A DNA stretch of 62,995 nt, counting the filler, from Choristocarpus tenellus KU-1152 (Eukaryota > Protista > Phaeophyceae): assembly GCA_964200185.2 (NCBI GenBank). It is 10 parts of 10 records of this genome, joined end to end, with 100 filler letters (N's around TTAATTAATTAA, not from the genome) between each part and the next. Parts side by side here need not be neighbours in the genome. Positions count along the whole stretch, not along the records: positions 38,821 to 52,647 come from CAXNAD020001356.1; 9 more parts are not named here. One strand, 5' to 3'. The notes under the pieces were generated by a model. It ran no database searches. It was not told the DNA's origin and saw nothing but the letters and a program-made list of their open reading frames with translations. This document shows positions 38,821-52,090 of the stretch, piece after piece; position 1 is the stretch's first letter; every line of letters starts with the position of its first letter. A program made the translations under genes and the position numbers.

Positions 38821-38955
38821 ATTTGGACAAAAATCAGGAAAAGTGCACTTACAATTTCCATCCGACGTATTGCAACCAAATCACCCAAAAATCGCGACAT
38901 GAATAAATGGACATCAAATCGACAGCCACCACTCCCCCCCCGGATACTTTGATTC
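38821..38955 (-). mobile_element. MITE family B2 fragment
   Basis: Reverse complement of the elements at 3713-3853 and 56211-56383; ends CCCCCCGGATACTTTGATTC. Confidence 0.75.
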
Positions 38956-41900
38956 TGTGGGGTATCCTGAGGTTCGATCGAGCCCAGTAATTGTACGAGA
39001 CTCGAGTGTTGGATACTTAGTTGTGACGGGTTATGCTTGTCATGCAATTACACACATACATCGAATGACTGTCAACACCGTTCCGTTCTGTTCTGTCCCT
39101 TTTGTTTCTCATCACAATTACCTGGAGCTATTGCCACCTTGCAAGCATCAGAAACCCACATATAACTCTGCGACCTGCACATTTACGCCTAACGCTACCC
39201 TTCTCACAAAAAAACTTGACTGTTTCAAAGATAGGGAGAGGAGAATGACAAGAATATAACAAAAGCAATACTCCAAAACTGACTCTACAATAGCAAGAAT
39301 TATGAGAAGAACCCATGAATGTCAAGCGCCTCTCCTGTCCTATTGGCTTGAACTCCTCTAATTGATACATAGCGCAAAGCTCTTCTGGATATTACCCCCC
39401 ACTTGAGCAGTTTCTGACATAATCAATCTACCTTACCATGATTTTACAAGCCCCTTTCTCCTGAAACTCTTAAGTGGTAATAAAATAGTGTACCTATATT
39501 CATATTTTTATATTTTTCAGAATAAAGATTCATTCAAGACCTTCGCAGGCAATGTATTCTATGATTTCAAGAATGCCTTCCCAGGTATACGATCTCGTAT
39601 ATCCACCCCCAATCTCAGATTTCCAGAAAGTCTTCCATGATTTACATACGATACTGTATATTTGGTGGTAGTTGGTATTTCGAGAAGAACAACCTATGAC
39701 AGCCATCGAGATACCTGAATCCATAACAACCTTCTTTCTCACCAGTTTAGGTCTGACTCAAGCTCTCTTCGCGCCTCACCCACCATATCTGCATATTAAG
39801 GTATTAGATCTGCTCTGCAATCCCTGGGGGGGTATAAATCCATTTGAAGCTCTCCGCCTGAAGTCAAGCAACAGTTTAGACGGGTGGAGTGGAAGGCTTT
39901 CGTCGCTATGTCGGCACTTCCTTGCGTCTTGACAGGTTCAGAAATCGTGCTGGTCAGGAGAGGAGTAGTTTTCCTCCTCGTTTCTCCATTGTTAAACTCC
40001 TAGTCTATGTCTAGTTCTTTCCACGTCGCTTTTTCTGTTGGGGAAGAGCGGTGATATTGGAACAACGTATTGTCACGGACGGATCTGTTCTCACCATTGG
40101 ACCTCGAGTATCCGACGTTTCCCTTATTATTCTACGGTATTTGCTAGCTGCGTCGGAGGAGATTGTCACTTTGACGATTTTTGCAACTCTGAGGTTGCAA
40201 TTGTGCACGTAAGCGTAACTTTGTACAACGTGTCTCTTCTGTTGATACTAGCCTTGCTAGAGGTCAAGCAATAGTATATCTGGGCTGTTTAATTTTGTGT
40301 ATTCATCTTAGCCCCTGAGCCTATCTTTTTTTATTGTTTTATCCAGAGGGCTAGTGTGCAGTTAGGATCCATGGCGGATTGATAACCCTGCAAAGCATTA
40401 GGGTGCTTAGGTACGTCAATTTGAGGACCTGTTATTCTACCGCATTAATTGCAGTATACCTAGGAAAACTTGCTTGCAGGACCAAAGCTACTTCATGGTA
40501 TCATGATGCATGGTACAGATCACGTTCTTTTTGGTGTTCTTCGTTTCTTTGTGGTAACTGTGACCAATGGTTAAGAGAATGCGACGATGCAGTGATGGAG
40601 AGGTCGTTCACTTCGTGCATAGCACTGTTATACCTCGGTCTCGCTAGCTTAGTTTATCACCTCGATTCTGAATAGGTTTTGATGGGATCCTTTTGCCTTC
40701 TTAAGCGGCCATTTCATAACCGCCACTTTCAACAGACCTTTTGACCGTGTAGCTATAAGCAAATCCCATCAAATAACTAATAGAAGATGAGCAGGTCGAA
40801 ATGACTTCAGAGCTGCCGGATATATTTTCCTAAAAACTACATATATTGCAGCACACCATGCAATGTTTTCCATGAAATGAAATCAGGTCAGGCAATCTGG
40901 TGCTCTGCTATCGTATACCATTTCCTGCTGATCTGGAGGCATATTTCCGCACCTTAGAAATGTAAAGCTTGACACCAGTGCTACCCTAGATGGATTAGCC
41001 ATATTTGGCAGGAACGTCTGTCATAGATGACTGTAATGGGTCGTCTTGCTTGACATCATCCAGTGTCATGACAATATTGTCTTCTATAAATGAAATCTTT
41101 GCTCCACACTGTCCAATGTCTAGCAAGACTTTGGCCTGGCATCCATTTTGAAGGAAACTAGTGTTGCTGGTTTTCTAACATCTGTTCTCCATCAAATACA
41201 ACCCATTGGCCCTGTAGCATCCATTGTCCAGAAGCACTCCTATGATGGCCTTCTGCTAAATTAATATTGTAATCGTTAGTTTGATTTTTCAAATCAGAGG
41301 TCAGCAGTTGCAAAGCAGAGGAAGAACTAGATGAAAGATATGTTGCAGAAGAAATATTGCTAAATGGAATTAAGCAATTCCTCAGCAATTGCTCACATGG
41401 TCCATCGCCCAGCAAGCGCTCTAACTCATTTGCTTTATAATACCTGTTGTTCGCGTCAGTGCTCAGGGTCATCTGGTTCCAATATCTGATGCCAGAACAC
41501 GACTTTGCTGATTGTACGATAATTTTATACTGTGTACATGAGTGTGTTTTTCATAGTGTTGTGAACCATAGGATTGTTAAGTCAATTGATCGTTTCCTCA
41601 TGTGTGTGTGTACTCTCCTTGCGGATCTCACTGCTTGATGCTCCTCACCGAGTGTGCTTTGTGCACAATTTGATTATATTTGAGTACACGAGTTTTAAAC
41701 CAAACGAACCAATACAATTTGTATACAATTTGTAAAGTGTGCATATATCCGAATATTTTCGATTGTCGTTGGTTCAGCCTCAGGTCCTTCACGATAATTT
41801 AATGTTTGGTGCCCCTGACTTGCATCTCCTACACCTAAATTTCTTGCCATCCTCCAGTCCCCATGATGATGACTGTTTGTACGTGCCCCTCATAATATGG

Positions 41901-42166
41901 CTTTCTGCTCAATTATTCCATGATCTAGCTGTTGATTAGAGTTACCCCTGATACGTGCTTCTATCGCACTCTCAATTCTTTGCTCCCTCTTTTCTGCCAC
42001 TGATTGATGTTTACCTGTGGTTGTCCTTGATCCCAAAAACATGTGTGTACACCTTGATTTTAAAGACTTAACCTAGGGTATCTTCAACAGTCAGAGCGGG
42101 AAGTTTGGACAACAAAAGGAATTAAAGAGCATAGCAAGTTGGCTCAAACAGGTATCAGGTGTCATA

Positions 42167-45100
42167 ATGTCTGTCATTGGGGTGGACCTCGGAAATGACA
42201 CCTGCGTCATCGGTATTGCAGCTCGAGGTGGTATTGATATCATCCTTAATGAAAACTCCAACAGGAAGAACCCTTGTTTGGTGAGAGGACTTGAATATCT
42301 TGCCGCATCATGTAAATAAACACCTCTGCCTCTTACTCATATGCTGCTGCTGTTGGCATGAATTGGCTGATAAGGTGTTTTTGGTATTGTTGTATGGTGG
42401 TCAAGGAAAGATCCTTGACTGTGGGGACACTTGTGGTACGGTTTTGTGAGGTAGTTTTGTACCTAATGATCTATTGAAATGAAGTAACTGCTCTTCTTGT
42501 TTCTGTTCAGTCTATCTCCATTAAAACAAGTCCGTTGGGGAGATGTATTAATCTTGCAGGAAGGGACTGTTCTGGGGTTTCCACTTTGGATTAGTGACAG
42601 GCATGTTCAAGTTGGTTGAAAGTACTTTCATCTAATCACTTGAAGTTGTGTTTTATAAATTGGGGTTGGACTATGGAGAAGTAGATCTAGGCAGCTTGTG
42701 GATCTTGGGTTTTCCATGGCAACCTCAGCACTTGATTCTGAATCTCCTTGGATGGTTGTTGTAGTGGGATGTAGTAGTAATATCCACAAAGCTAGAGATT
42801 TGAAAGTCAGGTGATGAATGTGACCCTCCCCACCTTCTCCCTCTGTTCACCTGTGCGGTCTGTGGATCTCGAGAATTGTTAGTTCCATCCAAGTCTCTTC
42901 ATATGTTACACGTATTTTATGAAGTAGGCTTGAAATAGTGAATGCACAGGAGCTTAGGGAGAGATAGGAATGTTACAAGTGAAAGTATTGCTAAACAAGT
43001 TGTTGGTTTGAGAAACATGTTTTGTCAGTTACTTGAAGGTAGTCCTGTTTTTTGTTATGATTGCACATTTACTTTGATAGAGTTTTGTGCATTTTTCTTT
43101 ATCGGAATGCAATGCCTCCGTTGTCGTCTCATCAACTATTGGACATTGTGGGTGACGTAAACCTGCTGGGTTTGGGGTCATTAACATTGATGTTCAGGTT
43201 TCGTTCCAAGCAAAGGAAAGGCTGATGGGGGAAGCAGCCCTGAGTATTGCTAGGAGCAACTTTAAAAACACTGTACGAGAAGTAAAACGCCTTGTGGGGA
43301 GGAAATGGTCTGAGCCTGACCTTCAGGTGGACTGTGCTCGCCTCCCCTACAAAACCATGTGGGTCTACATCTTTTCCTCACCTCCCTATCAGCGTTTTTG
43401 TAACCCCTTTACTGCTATTATTGTACTTACGTCATGTAATGCCTCATTTTTATTCTCTTTTATTAGTTTAGTAGCTCCATGGTCAGCTGTTCAGTGTAGG
43501 CTGTAGATTTTTCTTGGTAGGCAGTAAACCTTTTCTGTAGAATATCTCCACCTCCAATGACCCTAATATACAGAGAACAGTAAGGTTTCCTTTTCAAATT
43601 TTAGCTGCTGAAATGTGAGAAATGACTGTTCTCTTTCCATTTCAAGCATGCTTCTGCTTCAGGGATTTGGTAGTGAAGATCGTTTATATATCACTTCTCA
43701 TTTCTGCAGAGGATGAACATCCAGTGAAAATGTACTAGTGTTTCTCTTGTATGAGTTATTATTTACCATGTCTATGCTTTCGTCTTACATGGCATATCCG
43801 AAGCCTCTCACCATCGCCACTTTTCCACCTCCAGCATCCATATTTATATAAGTTGCCCAAATCAGCATACTATTTTCTGGGTAACCACCTAGCTACAATA
43901 TATTTACACGGTATCTGATTCACCCACTAGTCTATCTCTTTAAAATGCCTTCTTTTTCACAATCTACCATCTACTCCCCAGTGCACACTTCGACCCCTCC
44001 TCATGAAGAGACAGCTCAGTACACATGCATAGATAAACATACACCCATCCAATGTGTGACGCTTGGTTGTTTGGCTATGCACACCAGGGTCTGTTGACTA
44101 TAGGACCGTAGCAACAATCTCTCTCTTCTGCTTTGAATGTGTCATTTTTCAGTGTTTATTATCCATTTAATTTTACAGTGAATGAAATAAAGGTAATATT
44201 TCTTCTCTATCGTCCATACTGACCATATTTCGTGTTATACTTGTTGCTGCTGATTCTCTTTTTGGAACTACACTTGTGACCATTGATAAAGGGAGCACCC
44301 TGAATCTGGGGGTGTGGCCATCAAAGTGATGTACGATGATGAGGAGAAGATCTTTACTCCAGAGCAGATCATTGCTATGATGCTCACAAAGGTAAAAAGG
44401 CCGGACCGTGGTAATCTCAGTTGTGTTGCCTGCCTGCATATTCTCACTTGGCTATTTCCATCCTTGTTATCCTAAATATAGACCAATGTAATGATTATAG
44501 AGGGCAGCCCCCAGTTGACACTGCTTTCTTGTCTTCTCGTCTCTTTGTTTCAAGTACATACAGAGTAAATATTACAGTAGGGACTTCCTAGTGAATGGAA
44601 ATTCATGATAAGGCTGCTCGACACCCCCCCCATGAACCTGTATATTTGCTGAGAAGACTGAAAACGTTTTAAAATTCAACTTGATGCTTTCCTAGGCAAT
44701 TGATGCAGGGCTGTGCAACACGCGAAGATGTTCCAATGGGTTCTTTTGTTCTTTTCTTGTTTTTCAACAAGACAATCGCTATTTGATCCATTTTGTGTGC
44801 TAATCCTCCCACTTGCCTCATACTTTGCCACCCCTCGTGTTAACTTGTCCTTTGTTTTCATAATGTACACCTCTTTTTGTATTTTTTTATTAGTGTAAGA
44901 CGAGACAACTTTTAGTTGATGCTAAATCGGCTGGGAAAACTTACATAATTCGATTGAAGTGTTGGTTCACAAAGCTACGACGTGTTCAGGTCACCAAGTG
45001 GTGCGTAGTGCTTCAAGGCTAATATCACTCAACGGATTGAAAAGGAGACTTGAAATTTTGTCTTGCAACTCTGGTACTCCTTCTCATATATTGTGTTTAA

Positions 45101-48100
45101 GATGAGCAATTGCTGATTTGTTTCTTGTTCTAAGGAAGGCCGAAGAATTTGTGTCTGAGGGGTTGGCCCATGGATCTTCAAACTTTTCATGCGCAAAGCG
45201 TCCGTGGGTCTCGGGAAGATTCAAAGCTGTGAAGTGTTGTGGTTTGTGGGTATCGAAACCTTGTGATGAATGTAATAGGTTGTGATGAATGTAATAGGTT
45301 GTCCGCATGGCTCCGTGACTTCTGAGATGTTGGTTGCAATAGTTCTGCTTGTATTGCGGTTGGAAAAACAACTTAATTTATTGTCTTTTTTCAGTTGAGT
45401 TATTCAGACTTTTCAATTGATTGAACTGAGGTCAATGTTTCTGTTGCAGTGCACAAAACTTTCTTTTAATTGCATGTTTATTTTTTGTTCACCTTGATCT
45501 TCCATGTAATATGATTTTTTTCTAAACTTCTTTTCAATGCTCAGTTGGTGGCCATTGCCAAGGCGGCAAACGCTAACATTGATGTTGCTGACACTGTGCT
45601 GGCCATCCCTGGGTGGTACACTGATTCCATGAGGCAAGCTATGCTGGTGAGTGGACATCTCTTGCATTCTGTAGTTTTGGATTGTGGGAACCGGTGCCTA
45701 CTTTGCACGGAATGGGGTGGGAGGAAACTGCTTCCTTCTTATAATAGTTGACAGATGGGGACTGTTTCCTTGTCATATTTGGTTTAATTCTTAGTGATAT
45801 ATGTTTGCATGGGCCAAAACAAAAAGGAGCGCTTCTCTTCTTAGTAAGGCCTTACTTCCAAAGCTACTCCTCTAGAAGCTCAAACCTTTCCTGGTTGCTG
45901 TGGTTTAGTTAGATAAATGCTACAGCCCTTTTTGCAATATTTACATTTTTTGCAAGTCCTGTGCATGTGTTTTGATGGTATCCAAAATACTTTCCTTGTT
46001 TTCTTTGCTCAGATCTAAAAAATGGAATCTTTGATGTAAGCAGTGAATAGATAGTGATCCATTGTTTGTGTTTGTGCCAGAAAGTGGTGGTAAGGGTTGA
46101 TCTCACGTAGTATTATTACTATTCTTGTATGCAACATGAATTGTAGGCATCGCTGTGTAAATTGCAAAAACAGTTGAAGCTAGAATGAGGTGTGCTTTGG
46201 TCTAAAATATGGGAATGTTGGAAAAGTAAAGGTTCTGATAGTGGCGATGGCCACTGATTTACACTGTGGTTACAAGCAATTTGTAGGAATGTTGATGGCA
46301 GGGTGAACTGAGGCTTAACTTAGGAAAGCACAGCTTAGTATTTTCAGTAATAAATAAAGTCATTGCCACAACTAATTTCACCAACGAATCACGAGCACAC
46401 ACACCCAACCTGGCAGGATGCTTGCACTGTTGGTGGGGTGAACTGCCTTCGTCTTATGCATGAGCACACAGCAACTGCCCTGGCGTATGGTATCTACAAG
46501 TCTGCAAAGGGTCTTTTTCACGCGACGGTGAGTTGTCTTGGTTAAGAAAAACTGCTTTGTTTTAGCTAATTTTTTTTGTAAGCACTCTACATGTAGATGT
46601 TACTGAGAATACGATTGTATTTCATCGGGTGCAAATCATATTATTTATCTTGCATGGCTGTTGCCTCTTTGTGTTTAGATAGAAGTGTGGCTGTGTTTGT
46701 CTCTGTAACTGATTTTTCGCAAATGGGATCTTGTACTGGCAAGCTTTTTATCACCACAACGATAGTTACTTCTTCAGGTAGTGAACACTTCAAGAATTAC
46801 TTAAGAGTACAATGTGCACTTCACAAATGGCATGGTTCTGCATGAAAGAAGAGTGTACAATTGAGTGTATATCTTGACCTCTCTCTTATCAACAAATGCA
46901 GTGGATAGAACATTTTTGCCCATATTCTCCTATGTTTTGTTAAACCTGCCGCTTCCTATCTTAATCAGTGTTAAAAGCTCACTACAGTACATTCAAGTGC
47001 TTGCTTCAAAATATTATCTTTAGAAGAAATGCACCCTTCAGGTGTGCAACACAGTTTCTATTTAAGACTTTGGAGGGGGGAGTAAAGTAGTCAGATCCTT
47101 GGTTTTCATTTTCTGCATCCCGATTTGCTTTGAAGTCGTATAATTAGAGAGTGGCACAATTTTGTGCCATTTTTATGATCCTCAACAGATTGTAAGTGGA
47201 TTGTTTTGTCCAAGTGATTATTATTTTAACAATCACATGCAGTCACCCTTTTACTACGTGGTTGTCTTCACTGTCGGGCAAGGTTAAGGATCAACCCCAG
47301 CGTACAGGTTGCAAAAATGACAGATGATATCCTTGAGGGAGGACCGGAGGTCAACAGGTGCAATAAAGTAGTACATCATGTCTACACCAAGATATTATAT
47401 ATATATGGAATGCATTAGGTGTATTTTGCTCTTTTCACCGAAATGGTTGTGTCTATTATCCAGGTTTGGAACCTGCTGACCTGTGCTGGTCCTAAAACCA
47501 TACCTGAGTTGTAAAGATGGAATTGTGTTTTAGATGGAATGGTTGTCATGCTCTTGGTTTGTACCAAGTAGAAAGAAAATAAATTTGCTAACTCTTTTCA
47601 AAATGCTTTCGCTTGCCAACTCCTCCTAAGTTTCCATTGCCCTGCTGCTGATACATGTTTAACGTTTGTGGGGTATGCAGGAGCCAGAACATGTGTTGTT
47701 CTTGGACCTGGGACACTCGAGCTTTAGCGCTTGTGTGGTGAAGTTTATACAGGTGTGTTTCGCACATCATAGCTGTCACTATGTGTACCGTGGTGAAAAA
47801 CAATCCCTGCTTATTTGATATGGTCTCTCTATTGGAATATTACCATAGTTGATGAATATGTGCTTGCAGTGTATATTTTTTTATGTAACACCCAGCAAAA
47901 GGATGTGTGATTGTGAGTTAAGTTGCCCTTTAGGTTACCAACAGTTTTAACCTGTCTTCACGCTCACACGCACCATGTTCCTCTTGTTCACCCTACAGGG
48001 CTCTCTCTCAGTGAAGTCAGCGGCATTTGACCGCAGTCTGGGAGGCCGGGACATGGATTGGGCGATTGTGGTCAAATGTGCAAATGATTTTAAAGCAAAG

Positions 48101-50304
48101 ACCGGAAAGGTAACGATGTATCCATGGTTGTTTGGTGTTTGGAGTACTGGTGCATGCTACTGTATTAGTGACATTGAGCCCGTGGTCGGGAATTTTGTGC
48201 CTATTTAATATAAGAACATTTCATTGTGGTGCTTATAGAGACTAGCCCTTAGAAAGTTCAATTGTCAATTTCCTTGGCAGTTGATATTTTCGCGGCTTCC
48301 ATTGGTGGTAACACATAGTCTTCGCCCTGCCCATTCCTCAAACCGTGACTTTGCCTACCAGGATGTGTTTTCCCAACCAAAAGCCTTGCTTAAGCTGATG
48401 GATGCAGCGGAGAAGGCGAAAAAGATCCTGTCTCCTATTGGGGTCAAGGACTCTGCTGTGAATATTGAATGCCTTTACGATGAGGTGAGCATGATGATAC
48501 AACGCTTTGTAGTAGTTGGGGATCCATCAAGACAAAATCTGATTCGGTACTTGCCTGTAAGTAAGGTATGGTACTATTTGCTATCATGGGGAATTGTACA
48601 GAATCTTCTGGTACTGTCCTGCGGCGTATGGTACTATACGCTCTATTACAGCCCTTGCCTAACTTTTCATAGAGAAGATGCACGATCTAGAAGTTGCACC
48701 TGCTCTTTGGTTCAGGTTCTTTCAGGCTTTGTTTAGTTTTGAATTGCATGATTATGTTAAGATATGACCAACCTTGATGACATCTCCACATCTCTTGTGC
48801 TTTTGAAGATGATCTCTAGTATTGTATTCAATTCATTGATGAAAGCCACAACAAGCCATTGCCTGTTCTCGATAGATGTTGAAGGATAGAATATCTCTAT
48901 TCTCAACAATAAAAAGCACACAAATCCTGCTTTGAATCCTCCCCTTAAACCTCTTGTCACCCCCATCCCCCTTCCCGAACGTTCTTTTCTTCTAAATTCC
49001 TATTCTAGCTTGACTACATTGGACGTTTGGAGCGGGGGGAGTTTGAGGATTTGATCAGGCCTCTAGTGGAGCGCATGAAGGCACCTGTTACACAGGCACT
49101 TGAAGAGGCAGGGGTTACCAAGGAACAGCTCTCTGCAGTTGAGATTGTTGGTGGTGCTACAAGGTAGGGAAGGGAGCATGGACCAAGTGCTTATACTTGT
49201 GCAGCATACTTCATGCGCAGTGGTGTAATACACAACTCATTGGGTGTTTCAACACACAGGAGCCCCCACTATCAATGCTCATCCCTACCATGACTCTTTC
49301 AGGTCATGTTCTGTTGACTCCTGCTGTAGTTGCAGGGAGGGTAACACAATAGGTCCCAACCTTTCTTGCCACTGTGATCGCAACTTGTGTATGTCCAGCA
49401 ATGACCTTTCAACACAAAAATGTGCAGGGTACCGCTTGTGAAGGACTTCCTTGCAACTCTCTTGGGCCGTGATAAGTCAGCCATTAACTTTGGTCTCAGC
49501 TGCACTCTTAATGCCGATGAAAGCGTAGCGCGTGGTTGCGCCCTACAATGTGCGATGCTCTCGAGCAGGTTGGTGGAGTGAGGTGTTTCTCTTGGTTGTT
49601 TTTTTCAGCTAAATGTGTATGTTATGTGTAACTCTTACGCACTGTGGTCGATCTTGTTTATCTATCGTGACACCTTGAAAAATGTTTTTCAGTGTTGTGG
49701 AATGTGCCTTCCCCCCCACCTATACATTATGTCCCAGTTTGATTTCTCTTGTAATGCCTTGAAACCCAGCTTGTGATGTACGTGTCCCTCCTTCTCTAAG
49801 ATATTTAAACTCTCAACTGGGTGTACCGTGCTTAGTTTTTTTGAGCTCAATACCTGCTACAGATTTGTATATTTGCTTCACTATGTGCACAGTAACATGG
49901 AGGGTGAACCACACCATAGATGTATCACCTGAAAAATATTTTATGGCTCAGAGGTGATAGGTACGTAAGAGTGTTTGCATTGAACAAAACATTTTTGTAA
50001 GGTACTTGCTCATAACTTGAAGCTCAAGGTGTGAATCAATCATCTTTCTGAAGTAACACCCTGCAATGGTGCCCAGTTTGATGTTGCTTGTGTTCTTTGT
50101 TAATGGAATATGCACTTCGATCCTGGTTCTAGTAGCCCTCACACTCTTTCACACATAAGACTGAAAGATATGACGATATTCTTTCTTATTATGAACAACA
50201 CGCATAAAGATTCAAGGTGAAAGAGTTTTCCATTGTGGAGGCGGTGCCCTACCCCATTCAGCTAGGCTGGGAGAATGATGATGGGGTACAGGCGGTGGAA
50301 GGAG
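42167..50304 (+). CDS. HSP110: Hsp110/HSPA4/Sse1-type Hsp70-family chaperone, coding exons 1-11 (whole nucleotide-binding domain); 3' part beyond the contig break
   Basis: Phase-consistent GT-AG exons: 42167-42280, 43198-43358, 44292-44391, 45545-45646, 46417-46527, 47681-47752, 47999-48109, 48362-48484, 49009-49163, 49428-49568, 50210-50304. Motifs [66 protein letters not shown] and [20 protein letters not shown] are typical of the Hsp110 subfamily. Confidence 0.96.
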
Positions 50305-50619
50305 GTGAGAGTATGGAATATATCTTCACTAGCTGAAAGATTGATTGATCTAAACATTTGTTATTATGTAGCTCTGAAGCTTAGACCTTGAAATGAACAA
50401 CTACTATTGCCAATGTAGTTGTTTCACCTACATTGAAACTGGTTGGGTATACTTGTAGGCCTGTGGTTAAGTGTACCTCATTTTATCCACAGCCTATGGG
50501 TATTCACCCTCACCCTTAGAGTGCCTTGTCGAAGGATTGGTAACTGTGGGTTGTGACTTGGTCAAATCTCACTGTAGGGATGTTTTGTGGTATGTGCAAG
50601 GAGGGGGGGAGTGTAGGTA

Positions 50620-50756
50620 TGTGGAAGTGATGACATGAGGCACAGGTGTGTGAGGCAGTCTGTTTGTCACGGGTACTTGAACCCACTCGTGAGCACGTGT
50701 CTGCACTGCTCCAAAGCTGCGGCCAAAACATTAGAGCCAGCTGTCTGATCCTTACA
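50620..50756 (+). ncRNA. Intronic box C/D snoRNA-like RNA, copy 1
   Basis: Box C GTGATGA 50627-50633, box D CTGA 50745-50748, terminal stem TGTGGA/TCCTTACA; sense to the Hsp110 host. Confidence 0.8.
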
Positions 50757-51239
50757 TTGTATTGCTTCATTTTTTTTCACTAGTATTTCCCCAGACTCAG
50801 TGTAACTGCTCAGTACAGGTTCCTAGGTAGTGATATCTGGTTTGGTTTATCATAGAATATCTCACATATATAGAAGACTATCTTATTTTTGTGAAATGCA
50901 TGCATTCATATCTTTTGTTGTATTTTCACAACTATTTTTAGGATTGCGATTGATTACTCCATTGGAATATACTTGTCCTTGTATTTATTTGTACAAGATA
51001 CAATACTTCAAATATTTTATCGTGTTCATTGGTTGGTAGTCAACTAATCCAGTAGTCATTTCTGTTAACCCCTATTTGTTGAGTTTATATAAAAAGAACT
51101 CTTTAGGAATTTCCAAGTTCATTCTGCATCTCGCCAATGATATGCCTAGTTTTCAGTAAGTTTTCGGTGTGTGTTTGTGTGTGTGTGTGACAAGAGAAGT
51201 GAAGTGAGCTTTAGTTTTGTCAATAGTGTGGTCAATTAT

Positions 51240-51378
51240 TGTGGAGGAAGTGATGACAAAAGGCAGGTGTGTGAAGCGACACATTTGTCACGGGTACTTG
51301 AACCCACTCGTGAACATGTGTCTGCAGTGCTCTGAAGTCGCGGTCAAAAGATAAAGAGCCAGCTGTCTGATCCCTACA
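51240..51378 (+). ncRNA. Intronic box C/D snoRNA-like RNA, copy 2
   Basis: Box C 51250-51256, box D 51367-51370, terminal stem TGTGGAGGA/TCCCTACA. Confidence 0.8.
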
Positions 51379-51620
51379 TGCTGTTGCTTTATATTTCAGC
51401 ACTGTTATTATTGGTGATGTTCTGCTGTTAAAAATATAATTGTAATTGAGATTGTGCTCTTCTGTGTTGTAGGGAAGTATAATGCTCTTTATGTACTCGT
51501 ATCCATTTACTGAGTATGAATATACCATTGATCAGGTTTTTATGGTGTTTGCTTTCAACACAAGGGCTCATATATAGCCCGTTGTTGGTGTTTTGGAATT
51601 GTTACTGTGCTATGCTAGTG

Positions 51621-51760
51621 TGAGATGGAAGTGATGACAAAAGGCATATGCATGTGAGGCGGTATGTTTGTCGTGAGTACTTGAACCCACTCGTGAGCAC
51701 ATGATCGCACTGCCTTAAAGCCGCAGCTGATATTCAGAGCTAGCTGTCTGATCCTTCTCA
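51621..51760 (+). ncRNA. Intronic box C/D snoRNA-like RNA, copy 3
   Basis: Box C 51631-51637, box D 51748-51751, terminal stem TGAGATGGA/TCCTTCTCA. Confidence 0.8.
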
Positions 51761-52090
51761 AGGATGTTGTGTTCTAGTCTACCGGTGGTTGTAACTTTGT
51801 TGAAAATAGGGGTGCATGAGGAACTCTGTAATCCGATATCTATATATAAAAGATTTTGCAGTGTTTTTGCATGTGTGTTTTTCTGCTGTACTCAACAAAA
51901 AGAGCATTAATAGATCGGTGCGGTGTTGGCAATCCCTGTACTTGTTTTGTTTGATGTACCTCCGTGGTGTAAATAGCTGTGTTAAGGGGCCGCAGGAAAG
52001 CAGTTTGTATAGTTGGAAGATACATAAGTGTTATTGACCGTATGTCAACTTGCCCAAAGGTTAAGGGGTGGTGCTATTTTGTTTGTTGTG

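Noticed and set aside
39330-40700. Exon-like segments upstream of Hsp110
   Set aside because: No coherent ORF; may be 5' UTR exons or non-coding.
45262-45326. TGATGA...CTGA in Hsp110 intron 3 as another C/D snoRNA
   Set aside because: TGATGA lies in a 19-bp tandem duplication, with no convincing terminal stem or guide.
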